A DNA stretch of 64,000 nucleotides from an uncultured virus (IMG/VR IMGVR_UViG_3300050188_000002) (IMGVR_UViG_3300050188_000002), one strand, 5' to 3'. Positions 32,365 to 42,000 are shown, counted from the stretch's first letter. Made by a program: numbers and translations. The notes: generated from the letters alone by a model not told the origin.

Positions 32365-33143
32365 TTTCCAAAATTCTCAAATCCAGTTGAAGATGGGGGT
32401 TTTATAGTTTCAATATTAACCTTACGAGCGTCTCTGAGTGGTTCATCATATTCTTGGTACCGTTCTTCTATAGCCTTAACAAAGTTTGATCTCAATATCG
32501 ATATATTACTTAACTTGATTATCCCAACCCCTGGTATACCAGCCAACTTATTTGCAGAATCCTCCAACCCAGACATCAAATGATTTATGTCTTTCTGTCT
32601 TATATCTCCGCACGCTATTACCTTACTGCGATGACCAACTCTGGTTAAAAGCAACCTTAATTGGGCTGGGGTTGTGTTCTGTGCTTCATCTATAATAACG
32701 CAGGTATCATGATATGTCCGACCGCGTATCAATCCAATTGTCACCGGTTCTATCACTCCAGAACTTAACATCGCGTCTACCTCTTCTTTAGAGTATATGT
32801 CTTGTAAATATCCTAACATACTATAAATATACTCATACATCTTCTCGAATAACGTTCCTGGTAAAAACCCTACACTATCCTTTAAACTCTCTTGACATGG
32901 ACGAGTTATTAATATCTTTTTAATCAACCCTTGCGACAACATCCAAGCCGCATATTGAACTGCTATCATCGTCTTACCACTTCCACTTGGCCCCAGTACT
33001 GCCGTAAATGTATTCCTGTCTAGACTCTTTATATACTCTTCTTGCTCAATTGTCCCACCTTCCGGCTTCCCTATAATACGCAGCCCTGGTTCGTATTTCT
33101 TTACTAGCAGTTCCGCACGAGCCTTTACTTTGTTCTTGGCCAT
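32361..33143 (-). CDS. phoH: PhoH-family ATPase
   Basis: GPSGSGKT, ITRP, GFLPG, RGRT, IDEAQN, GDIRQ. Confidence 0.9.
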   Translation of the reverse strand: MAKNKVKARAELLVKKYEPGLRIIGKPEGGTIEQEEYIKSLDRNTFTAVLGPSGSGKTMIAVQYAAWMLSQGLIKKILITRPCQESLKDSVGFLPGTLFEKMYEYIYSMLGYLQDIYSKEEVDAMLSSGVIEPVTIGLIRGRTYHDTCVIIDEAQNTTPAQLRLLLTRVGHRSKVIACGDIRQKDINHLMSGLEDSANKLAGIPGVGIIKLSNISILRSNFVKAIEERYQEYDEPLRDARKVNIETIKPPSSTGFENFGK

Positions 33144-33180
33144 TTTTTGAATCTCCTTAAGTGAATCTATGCGTCACGAG

Positions 33181-33188
33181 TATTTATA
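33181..33188 (-). promoter_or_regulatory. T4-type late promoter
   Basis: Perfect TATAAATA on - strand upstream of phoH. Confidence 0.65.
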
Positions 33189-33239
33189 CCACACTTAAAA
33201 CATTATACCAAAAGAAATAAACCAAGCAATAAATAATAC

Positions 33240-33482
33240 ATGATGGATAAAAGAATCATATTCCTAGTCACATTCTCCATCCTCCTAGGTATACTAGGCT
33301 ACTCTTATACTATTCCAACCCCACCTATGAAGAATGATAAGTTCCTAGTAACTCCTACAGCGGTTTATATCTATACTCAGAATCCCTCTGAGAGAGAATC
33401 CATATACTCAGCCTTCTCCGAAAATGGCTGGGATTATGAATCTATCACCCCTTCTAATGTCATAGTGCTAAAAAAGAAGTGA
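33240..33482 (+). CDS. small membrane/secreted protein
   Basis: N-terminal hydrophobic helix; AATAAATA upstream. Confidence 0.55.
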   Translation: MMDKRIIFLVTFSILLGILGYSYTIPTPPMKNDKFLVTPTAVYIYTQNPSERESIYSAFSENGWDYESITPSNVIVLKKK

Positions 33483-33516
33483 TATCACTTCTTTAATCTC
33501 AACCTATAAAGCGTTA

Positions 33517-34029
33517 TCATACTAACTCCATTATCTTATTGATTACATCACAATCACACACCAATTCCTCATAATGAGTTAATGTACGTTCTAACATATT
33601 CGATATCTCTAAATCCTTTTCTAACGCCTCTTTATAAGTTTGAACCCGCCCATTAGGATCATACTCTTTCATACGCTTTAAAAAGATCTCTATATTGTTG
33701 TATGACTTATGCCTCTCAATAATAGACTCATATAACATAGGATTCTTATCCCTATTCGTATATGCGCATCCTAATAAGATCGGACTATCTGTTATAATGT
33801 AATCAACCTTACCATATATAATACCTATCCTACGAGCCTGATTAGCACTGATCCACATCTGATCCACTAACTCAGATGTATTACCAGACCATACGACGTC
33901 TTTAGCATACTCACGTACAAGTTCTACACTCCATCCTAATCCCTTCATATATGCATATAACGACGCAGCAGTTGTACTCTTGCCCGTTCCAGGCCCACCA
34001 TATAAGTTTATGATCTTAGTGCAGTTCAT
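33517..34029 (-). CDS. P-loop nucleotide kinase (NadR/AAA_28-like)
   Basis: INLYGGPGTGKST, EYAK, ITDSP, GRVQ. Confidence 0.8.
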   Translation of the reverse strand: MNCTKIINLYGGPGTGKSTTAASLYAYMKGLGWSVELVREYAKDVVWSGNTSELVDQMWISANQARRIGIIYGKVDYIITDSPILLGCAYTNRDKNPMLYESIIERHKSYNNIEIFLKRMKEYDPNGRVQTYKEALEKDLEISNMLERTLTHYEELVCDCDVINKIMELV

Positions 34030-34481
34030 CCCCATGTTATCTCCTTATTAGTATCAACTTCAATCCCGTATCTTATCTTTAAAGAATAGTATGGAAACGT
34101 ATTAGCAAATTGTACAGAATCAAAGCCTAATAACCCAATGTAAATCTTTCCTTTAATCTTATTAATCCCATTATCAGTTCTATCACAATTCTGTACATTA
34201 ATATTAATCCTAGGGGTATATTCTAATTGTTGAATCTCTTCAGTTATAACCCGTTTTAACATATCTAAACAATCGGTATAACATGGCGGTTCAAATAATC
34301 TTTGACTTGGGTCCACCCTAGTCATAACAGCAACACCCTTAACTTTATCCTTGTCCTTTATACTTAAATATGTTGGACCATTAACCTTTACAATCTCTAC
34401 AAGATCAGTCCAAGGCTCTGGTATCCATGTCTTTATATCCCTAATCATACAACCGTAATCTAATACTATCTCTGAATTCAT
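34026..34481 (-). CDS. hypothetical protein
   Basis: 151-aa coupled ORF. Confidence 0.6.
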   Translation of the reverse strand: MNSEIVLDYGCMIRDIKTWIPEPWTDLVEIVKVNGPTYLSIKDKDKVKGVAVMTRVDPSQRLFEPPCYTDCLDMLKRVITEEIQQLEYTPRININVQNCDRTDNGINKIKGKIYIGLLGFDSVQFANTFPYYSLKIRYGIEVDTNKEITWG

Positions 34482-34510
34482 TTTATATCCTTTATGTAAC
34501 GGGTTTTATA

Positions 34511-34843
34511 TCACCAACCAAATCCTCCATACCCATACCCACCATCATAATCATATCCATACCCTTTATCGTCATAATCAAATCCTCCATATTGATCTCC
34601 CTTACTATAGGTTGAATCATATGATGCATATCCAGTCTTATAAGTTTTAACCGCGGTCTCTATACTCTTAAACATAAAATACTTATAACGGACATCTGAT
34701 CTTATAAAAGATCCCAATCTAACACTACTCATATCTCCGCCCTTCTTGACCACACGTATCACATCAGTAGCATTCACCGGCATACTAATAGGTATCTTAA
34801 TACCCCACTTATCATCTATCTTACAAAAAGTTACTATATCCAT
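34511..34843 (-). CDS. hypothetical protein with Gly/Tyr/Asp-rich tail
   Basis: Likely start MDIVTF immediately after the GluRS-like stop. Confidence 0.6.
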   Translation of the reverse strand: MDIVTFCKIDDKWGIKIPISMPVNATDVIRVVKKGGDMSSVRLGSFIRSDVRYKYFMFKSIETAVKTYKTGYASYDSTYSKGDQYGGFDYDDKGYGYDYDGGYGYGGFGW

Positions 34844-34844
34844 T

Positions 34845-35721
34845 TTATATTCCCTTATATTTCTTGTTATACCAATCAAGTTTAATAATATCAAAATTAG
34901 CAGGAGATGCCTTAAGATTTCCTTCTGTTACAAATATTTTTTCTGCCATATCTTTTGTTATAATAGGGTTAAATTTGTCATAATCAGCCTGCTTATGTGA
35001 CCAACCCAAACGTAATACCCCATTCAAAATTGCAGCAGGCTTATATCCTTCGTCTATATATTTTTGCATAGACGAATTCCCATCTCTCTTTGACATTTTC
35101 TTTTTTTCCGAAAAATTAGACCAACATGCTGAAACTTAGGCAGTAAACTCCTTCCAAGAACCAAGTTAATATGATGCATCAACGCAACCTGCCTAGCAGT
35201 ATTCGCCATATGGTCAATCCCACGCGATATTACAGAAGTTTCCATGTCAATATCATCAACGCAACTACAAAAGTGATAAACTGGCATACCATCTGATTTC
35301 ATAATTACCATCTTACTAATAATGTTCTTATCATTTGTTGACACTTTAATAGAACCAGAAATCTCGTCGTCCCACATATTAAAACTTCCCAAGTAAATTG
35401 GGTCAGGTACAAAAAAGACTGCTCCTTCTTCTCTTTTTGCAAAGCCGCTCTTTATCAAAAGCTCCGCAACTTCCTTATAACGATCAACTCGCTCAGATTG
35501 CCTAAATGCCAGTTTGTAGTCAAGACCAACCCAATCAAGACATTTAAAAATCTTATCTTCATATTCCTTATTAGACCTTTGTAAGTCGGAATCGTCAATA
35601 CGAAGATAAAACTCTTTACCAAAATGCTTTGATTGTAAATAGTTAAAATACGCAGTTCTAATGCCTGCTATGTGAAAATGACCTGTAGGACTAGGAGCAA
35701 ATCGGTATGATATACATGCAT
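34845..35721 (-). pseudogene. gltX: glutamyl-tRNA synthetase-like catalytic domain (no anticodon-binding domain), frameshifted as assembled
   Basis: RFAPSPTGHFHIAG, LRIDDSD, RQSER, YHFCSCVDD, RGIDH, KMSKRDG, LGW. Frame breaks at the A7 run (35101-35107) and between the ATGs and RFAPSP. Confidence 0.8.
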
Positions 35722-35977
35722 TTTAGTAAATAGTTTATTTTTGTCAAAGAAAATATGACGGTCTTAATTAACCCCCATCCCATAATTGTATATTTAAAAT
35801 AATCCGCTATCTTCGCAGCAACCCCACAATGTACCTTATCAATACCATATGATGTAACACTCTCTAATCCACCTTCTCCCACTTTCCTTCCTATGATTAT
35901 AACCTGATTATAACCTGTTCATACCCATACTTCTCGGCAATGTCCCTAGCAGCTGAAATTGGAATAGTCATTAACAT
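35691..35977 (-). pseudogene. small phage protein broken by an 11-bp tandem duplication
   Basis: MLMTIPISAARDIAEKYGYEQVII joins IGRKVGEGGLESVTSYG...MGW if one TGATTATAACC copy (35894-35915) is removed. Confidence 0.6.
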
Positions 35978-36165
35978 CGCAACCTCCCACCCTTCTCTAA
36001 ATCCTCTTTCCATATCCGTATACTTATATAACTCTTCCTTTCACCTCCATCTAGAGTATTCAACTCCCTTGCATACTCCCCCTGAATCCGCAAACTCTGC
36101 TCTAATAAATCTTCTAATAACATTACCCTCTTCTCTAACTCCATATAAACCTTCTTATCATTCAT
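35971..36165 (-). CDS. hypothetical protein
   Basis: GGAGG RBS, 64 aa. Confidence 0.6.
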   Translation of the reverse strand: MNDKKVYMELEKRVMLLEDLLEQSLRIQGEYARELNTLDGGERKSYISIRIWKEDLEKGGRLRC

Positions 36166-36197
36166 AATCCACCTCCCATATTGTTAAAGTTATTTCA

Positions 36198-36809
36198 TTA
36201 TACGCCATGCTGTTTACCTGTCAACTCCTCTTCTACCACCTTATTCATACGGTCATATCTCTTACGCCTCCCCTTCTTTCCTATAGTACGTTCTACCCCC
36301 TCCCACCTCTTCTTACATATGGCCCTACTCATCTCTACACTCTTATCACTTATAAAATATCTACACCCCTTCCCGCTCATCCTACTAATACGCCTCCTCT
36401 CTCCCAAATACGCCTCCTGCCTACCAAATACCTTCTCTAACTCCTTATATCCCCACCCCTCACATAATCCTAACATGTTTATTGGTAACCCTACTTCTAA
36501 CTCCTTTATACACCGTATCCCATTTATAAACTTTAAGGCCCCCCTTAAACTTATATCATCCTTCTTATATACCTTGTCTGCCCCAAAGGTATAACTAATC
36601 TCACAATGACTTATCTTCTCAAATCCATTCGGATTCTTATGGAAATAATCCCGATGTAACTCCTCATCCCAATGATACAACCTTATACCCTTTATCAAAC
36701 GTTCCTCATCACGGATCTTTAACCCATTCTCTTCTATCCCTATCTTCAACCCACGTATCCCTCGCCAAAATTTTAATAAATCTGTCCTACTAATGTATAT
36801 CATCTTCAT
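36198..36809 (-). CDS. basic hypothetical protein
   Basis: 203 aa, very purine-rich coding strand. Confidence 0.6.
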   Translation of the reverse strand: MKMIYISRTDLLKFWRGIRGLKIGIEENGLKIRDEERLIKGIRLYHWDEELHRDYFHKNPNGFEKISHCEISYTFGADKVYKKDDISLRGALKFINGIRCIKELEVGLPINMLGLCEGWGYKELEKVFGRQEAYLGERRRISRMSGKGCRYFISDKSVEMSRAICKKRWEGVERTIGKKGRRKRYDRMNKVVEEELTGKQHGV

Positions 36810-37060
36810 AAAGTGTTAATCCCCGTTTTCCTATGACTATTAAGTAATTATCCACATTTTTTCACTTATGCATCATTGGTCTCTAAAATAGGGGTATATG
36901 CCCCTTTGAGCCTCATTTGTGTTATAAGGTGTGAGATTCTCTACCTTTCTCATACAATGTCACATATGATGTCTTATATGATCGGTTTATCATACGCTGT
37001 TGCAGGCTTACGCACCCCTGGAACTTGGAGACTATAATTTTCTGTCTTTACAGAAATGTC

Positions 37061-37190
37061 GAAAAGGTCAAAAAGGTCTGAAACGCCTGTAATACGCGAA
37101 ACTCTGAAAAGGTGTAAAAGGTCTTGTTTTAACTTCATTAAAAAGCGTGGTTTATGAAAAGGTGTAAAAGGTCTTGTTCATAAACGCCTG
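37061..37190 (+). repeat. direct repeats (iteron-like)
   Basis: TGAAAAGGTGTAAAAGGTCTTGTT at 37105 and 37155, variant GAAAAGGTCAAAAAGGTCT at 37061, AAACGCCTG twice. Confidence 0.8.
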
Positions 37191-37294
37191 AAAATAAGGT
37201 ACTTACACAATATGCAACCCGGCCCTGTTATCCTCATGTTTTCCACAATGTAAGGTGTATAACAGGGTATTTTTCATGGTAGGCGGGGGTCAAT

Positions 37295-37322
37295 TTGACA
37301 AACGAAAACCCGGCCCTATAAT
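37295..37322 (+). promoter_or_regulatory. consensus sigma70-type promoter
   Basis: TTGACA-16nt-TATAAT. Confidence 0.75.
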
Positions 37323-37357
37323 GCACCCGTGGCCGGTCCCCCCGCCCACCCTGCCGC

Positions 37358-37918
37358 CCCCGGCCATGCCTCCTATACCCCGCCCCCCGCGCCCCCCGCG
37401 CGGCGGGGTTTCATTTTCGTTGCATTGGTTATCCGACCTTGGTAAACGAAGTATGAACCCCGCCGTTTGATTCATGTATCATTCCCCTTTCCGATACGGG
37501 TATAAATTCCCGTGTCTTTATCATATAGGCAATGTCGCCCTTATGATTCCCTCCCATCCGGCATCCCCGGAGATTGGTTCTACCATGTCCACCGCTACTC
37601 CTGCTCCCACCGCCATTGCCGCCCTCGCCTCCAAAATCGCCGCCGCCAAGGAAGAAAACAAGGCTATGTCGCGCAAGGTGAACGAAGCCTGCCAATCGCA
37701 AGCCTTCACCGTCGCCTCGCGGAATGCGACTCTCAAGCGTCAAATGGTTTCCTGTTCCTCTGCCGAATTTCAGGCCCGCGCCGCCGACCTCGCCTTGTCG
37801 TCCTTCGGTAAGGATGCTGAAAGCATCAAGGGAATCCGTAAGGAAGTCCGCGCTCTCATCAAGTAAGTGCTAAGGGGGAAGCGCGGGGCGCGATGGGGTA
37901 TGGGAGGCATGGTCGGGG
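37358..37918. repeat. GC-rich inverted repeat pair flanking ORF 37585-37866
   Basis: CCCCGGCCATGCCTCCTATACCCC (37358-37381) vs reverse complement of 37895-37918, 22/24 identical. Confidence 0.8.
37585..37866 (+). CDS. small Ala/Lys-rich hypothetical protein
   Basis: MSTATPAP..., GGAG upstream, C-ending codon bias. Confidence 0.65.
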   Translation: MSTATPAPTAIAALASKIAAAKEENKAMSRKVNEACQSQAFTVASRNATLKRQMVSCSSAEFQARAADLALSSFGKDAESIKGIRKEVRALIK

Positions 37919-39358
37919 AAAGCAGGTATTAGTCAATCAATGTTATACACATTGCGTTTCGCTCACCTTTTCGGAGGTTTGCTAGGCGCAATTATAACAT
38001 TGATAAGACCCAACTATACCAAAAACTTGAAAGACCTTTTCATAAACCACATTATAAAATGGAGTTGTAAACAATTCCAAGAGACTTATGAGTTAAAAAG
38101 TCCGAATGAGGTTATAAGCCTATTGCATAAGACCCTTGCAATGAGTCTTTAATCGAGAGAGGAAAAGGGGTAATAAAGGAAAACACTCTAATGCGTTAGA
38201 GTTGGTATAAATGAAAAGCGTGTATTACACACGACTTAGAAACTAAAATGTAATAAGAGAATATCTTTTGCGAATAAGTAGAAACTCCCTGTGAGATATA
38301 CGAGTTCAATAGAAGATAAGGTTATGACACCTTCCAACCAAATTGGTTATGACCTAATAGGCTAACGCTTATTTACTTGACGCTTTATCATGGCGTAGCA
38401 TAATATGCAAAAAGTGATATAATACATTAGGAATAAACTAGTGTATGAGGGAGGCTTGCAATCCGGAGCAAGTACAAAATACAAGGTATCAATTGAGACT
38501 TGTGAAACAACGAACAAATCGCTTTATGCGATAAAGAGTTTAACTCATATGTTCAATGTGTAATGATAACAATTGATATAACAATTAAATAAAAGCAATC
38601 TGAACCGTGTTCAGATATTCGCCTTATAAGGTTTAGCGACTTTATAAGGTTATACCTTATATGCGATCAATTAATAGAGGTTTATCATACCTCTCGATCG
38701 TACTCATATAAGATTATCCATCTTAAACTTTGAAAAGGGGTTTAAGATGATTTGTCTGTGGTTATCATATTTTCAGAAATCTCCTAGGAGAGAATATGGG
38801 AACATTTATCCACGGTTAACTTTCCTTCCTTTTATAGGAGTCGGTTATGACCTTCAATGAAAATACTCGTGAGTTGGTGCGGAATTTCAGGAAGTTTAGT
38901 GCAATCGCTCACAAATTCCCAAGCGATATAAACTTGGAGGTGTTGCGCCGCATGGAAAATGACCTCTGGGACATTGTGGGTGTTCTAATAAAATGATGAA
39001 TAAGGCAATCAAACATTACATTGATTGACCACCAGTTACATCTTGATCTCCGACAGGAGTTTAAGATGATTTTACATTTCTCGAAGATGGGCTCCCACAT
39101 ATTAAACCACTGGGCCTAATCATCTTTAAGAAGTATGTCCTATTTAACTCGGACACGGGTTAAATAAGGTTCTCAGCCGATTGCGCTCACACGCACTTTT
39201 CAAATCATTTGGAAATTTGAGCGTACTCAATCCGCTGCTCTGAATCCTTTACTCAGAAATGAGTATTAGGATTATTTGTTTTAAATCTCATCTAACTACT
39301 GATGAGTTAGTATCTTACACTATCTTGTAAGAAACCCTCCTTATATAGGAGAATTACC

Positions 39359-39700
39359 ATGCGTTTCGTAGGACCCATCGCCCTGTGCCTTTTGTCCAAT
39401 GGTTGCGCCACCTGCAATGCTTCGCAAGCCGAAGTCGAACGCAGGGCCACCGCCTATCATACTGGATACGGTGTTCCTGCCGTTCAAACCGGTATGCTCG
39501 CAACTGGTGCGGTGTTCTTTCCGCCCATCGTGTTGTCCATTCCCCTTCCGCTGGTTGATTCCGCTTTGCAAAACTTGGCCGCGGAAGACAATGCACGCTT
39601 CGACCTTCATTACGAAGAACTCCAAACCAAATACGGCCCGTGTCCCAATCCCGAATTCATCCTCACCGAATCCGGCTGGCGTAAACCCGGCTTGTTCTAA
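39359..39700 (+). CDS. putative lipoprotein/membrane protein
   Basis: AGGAG RBS, signal-like LCLLSNGC, second hydrophobic segment. Confidence 0.6.
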   Translation: MRFVGPIALCLLSNGCATCNASQAEVERRATAYHTGYGVPAVQTGMLATGAVFFPPIVLSIPLPLVDSALQNLAAEDNARFDLHYEELQTKYGPCPNPEFILTESGWRKPGLF

Positions 39701-39708
39701 TTCATTTT

Positions 39709-39741
39709 ACCATTAACCTCGGAAACGGGGTTAATGGTTTT
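39709..39741 (+). terminator. intrinsic terminator
   Basis: ACCATTAACCTCG-GAAA-CGGGGTTAATGGT-TTT. Confidence 0.7.
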
Positions 39742-39805
39742 CAAACCCCTATCTAATTATTGATAGGTATGTATCTTACACATACTTGTAAGAATAAATC
39801 CTTTC

Positions 39806-40039
39806 ATGGAGGTTTCCAAAATGGATACCAACGAAGTGATCGTGTCTGGTAAGCGTCCTGGTGGTAAGCGGCGGGCTTTCAAGGTTCAGAAACGCGTTGA
39901 AGCCGAAGCCCGTCAAGCCAAGTTCAATTCCCTTACTATTCAACAGAAGTTGGAACGTGCTCAGAGGCACGGAGCGAAAAAGGAAATCGCTAAGTGGTCG
40001 AATCAATTGGCTGATGTGCCGCCTTCCAAAAAGAAGTAA
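39806..40039 (+). CDS. small basic hypothetical protein
   Basis: 77 aa; the real start may be MDTN after GGAGG. Confidence 0.6.
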   Translation: MEVSKMDTNEVIVSGKRPGGKRRAFKVQKRVEAEARQAKFNSLTIQQKLERAQRHGAKKEIAKWSNQLADVPPSKKK

Positions 40040-40115
40040 AAATCCTTTTCCAAACTTTCCTTTTCACTTTAAAGTGACACTTATCATATAGGTGAACCCT
40101 CCAAAGGAGTTATAT

Positions 40116-40424
40116 ATGATTCTTTCCGACAAAGCCATTGCATCTATCGTGCGTGAAGGTATCCTCGCTCGTAAGACTGCTTCCGCCAAACAGTTCAAAC
40201 GCCATGATGCCGGTATCACCGACATTGATCGCATCAAGGACATCACCAAAGCCCAAGGCGGCCTCCGTTCCGCCAAGATGACCACAGACGAATCCAAGCG
40301 GTTCCATCACGCCCATCCGAATGGCAAGTTCGAGATTGGTGAAGATGTGTTTCATGTCGGCACCCACCTTTTCAACATCAAGGTTGGCGTTGGTGCCGAA
40401 GCTCCGCAGTTGTACGTCGCATAA
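40116..40424 (+). CDS. hypothetical protein
   Basis: AAGGAG RBS, start MILSDK. Confidence 0.65.
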   Translation: MILSDKAIASIVREGILARKTASAKQFKRHDAGITDIDRIKDITKAQGGLRSAKMTTDESKRFHHAHPNGKFEIGEDVFHVGTHLFNIKVGVGAEAPQLYVA

Positions 40425-40487
40425 AACCCTTTCCTCTTTAGACTTAAGTGTTTAAAGAGGATTTTTAAATCTTATTAGGACACCATC

Positions 40488-41144
40488 ATGGAAAATGATT
40501 TCAAACTTTGGGATGGAAGTTATGATAAGACTTGGTATGATATACGACTTCCATCTGGTGAAGTTTTGACCTGTTGGCCTAATGCTGGATGTATGATGTC
40601 AATGGATGGATCGGGTCGTACATGGCTTCCAAAAGATAATATTGAAGTCAGGTTTGGACAAAGTCCTTTTAATAAGGTATAATGATGTTTGAAATCCTAT
40701 GGCATTGGAAATGTGATAGGTGTTACAAGGTTATTATTGCTCCTCAAAATCATAGACCTGAGAAATGGTCTTGGTTTAAGGAGGATGGAGCACTTAAACA
40801 TTCTTGTGATACATGTGTTAAACCTTTAGACATTCAACTTGGTAAAATGAGTCGGTGTCAAAAGTAAGGACTATTGAACTTTCAACCGGAGAATAAACAT
40901 GTCTACTCTAACCACAAAGTTAGAAGAGGGGTTTAACTTATTTGAAATGATTCTTGATGTAAAGGATAAGGCAGCAGATCAAGGATTGATTCAAACTGTT
41001 GAATTGTATCAAACTCGTTTAATTCAATTAAAAAGTAGCATCACAGACATTATTAAGAAATGTCCTCCAGGGTTCTTACCTCCTATTGAAGATTTTCAAG
41101 AGAAGTATAGGGGTGTTTATAGGACTTTATTAAAGAATTCTTAA
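40488..41144 (+). CDS. three small hypothetical proteins (40488-40682, 40682-40867, 40899-41144)
   Basis: Consecutive ORFs with RBS; the middle one has two CxxC motifs. Confidence 0.55.
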
Positions 41145-41154
41145 CCCATTTAAA

Positions 41155-41229
41155 GTCCTCGTAGCTCAGTTGGATTAGAGCGGCTGCCTTCTAAGCAGCA
41201 GGTCGATGGTTCGAGTCCATCCGGGGACA
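41155..41229 (+). tRNA. tRNA-Arg(TCT)
   Basis: Full cloverleaf GTCCTCG...CTTCTAA...GGTTCGAGTCC...CGGGGAC-A. Confidence 0.93.
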
Positions 41230-41252
41230 TTTCCTTTTTAAGGATATCAAGC

Positions 41253-41858
41253 ATGCGCAACTATGAAATCACTTATAGGTCTTTGTCTGTTCCGTATGAA
41301 CGGATGGTTGTGATTCAAGCCGCATCTGACATGTATGCCAGACAAATTTGCAGGAGTCGGTTCCCCGATTGTCATGCAATCAAGTGGTGCAAGGAAGTTT
41401 CAGATAAGAAGGCTGAGATTGCATCTTTGATGCCTGTTCAAGTGTTTCATACAGTTGTCGAAAACGAATTTAAATGTACTTCCCACGAGTGTGAGTACAC
41501 CTTCGACGACTATGTGAATGATTACGAATTCCAAAAGACTCACAAACGTGAGATTTTGAAGACTCCGTATAAGAAGGAAACGATTTGGAGTAGTACTATC
41601 GAATGTATTGCTCGTTTCTTCGCAGTTCTCCAAGTTTGTTGTTGGGTTCCTGGGATTCCTATAGGGGTTTGTACCCTGTTAGGTGTGATCCTTTTGTGGA
41701 ACGAAGGGGTTTCCGAACGTCAATGGGGTTGGATTTGGCTTTCTGTGGGTCTGAATTTGATTCCAATTGGGATCTCACTGGTGTTTTACAGTGTGCATTC
41801 CACGGGAATCTTTAAAGAAGTTGCATACTTAGAGGCTGAAGGATGGGTTGAGAAGTGA
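41253..41858 (+). CDS. hypothetical membrane protein
   Basis: Two C-terminal TM segments. Confidence 0.65.
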   Translation: MRNYEITYRSLSVPYERMVVIQAASDMYARQICRSRFPDCHAIKWCKEVSDKKAEIASLMPVQVFHTVVENEFKCTSHECEYTFDDYVNDYEFQKTHKREILKTPYKKETIWSSTIECIARFFAVLQVCCWVPGIPIGVCTLLGVILLWNEGVSERQWGWIWLSVGLNLIPIGISLVFYSVHSTGIFKEVAYLEAEGWVEK

Positions 41859-41865
41859 AATTAAA

Positions 41866-41900
41866 GGTTTAGGACTTTGAAAAGGGTTCTAAGCCTTTTT
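41866..41900 (+). terminator. intrinsic terminator
   Basis: GGTTTAGGACTTT-GAAA-AGGGTTCTAAGCC followed by a T run. Confidence 0.75.
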
Positions 41901-42000
41901 TTATTTCGGTTTTCGAGAAAATTCCAAGCGATTACGATGCGATGTGTGTGACATATCGCCGATAAATATCCTTATCAGGATATAAAAGGACAAAACAACC

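Larger units (their letters stand above)
39287..39793 (+). promoter_or_regulatory. two copies of a double-hairpin element upstream of consecutive genes (39287-39332, 39748-39793)
   Basis: CTCATC-taactact-GATGAG vs CCTATC-taattatt-GATAGG, each followed by TCTTACA-N6-TGTAAGA. Confidence 0.7.

Noticed and set aside
37061..37190. Repeats considered as a CRISPR array
   Set aside because: Only two exact copies plus a variant, no regular spacer series, no cas genes.
37255..37475. Pro-rich/Gly-rich ORFs in the GC island
   Set aside because: Products of C/G runs overlapping a promoter and inverted repeat; no RBS.
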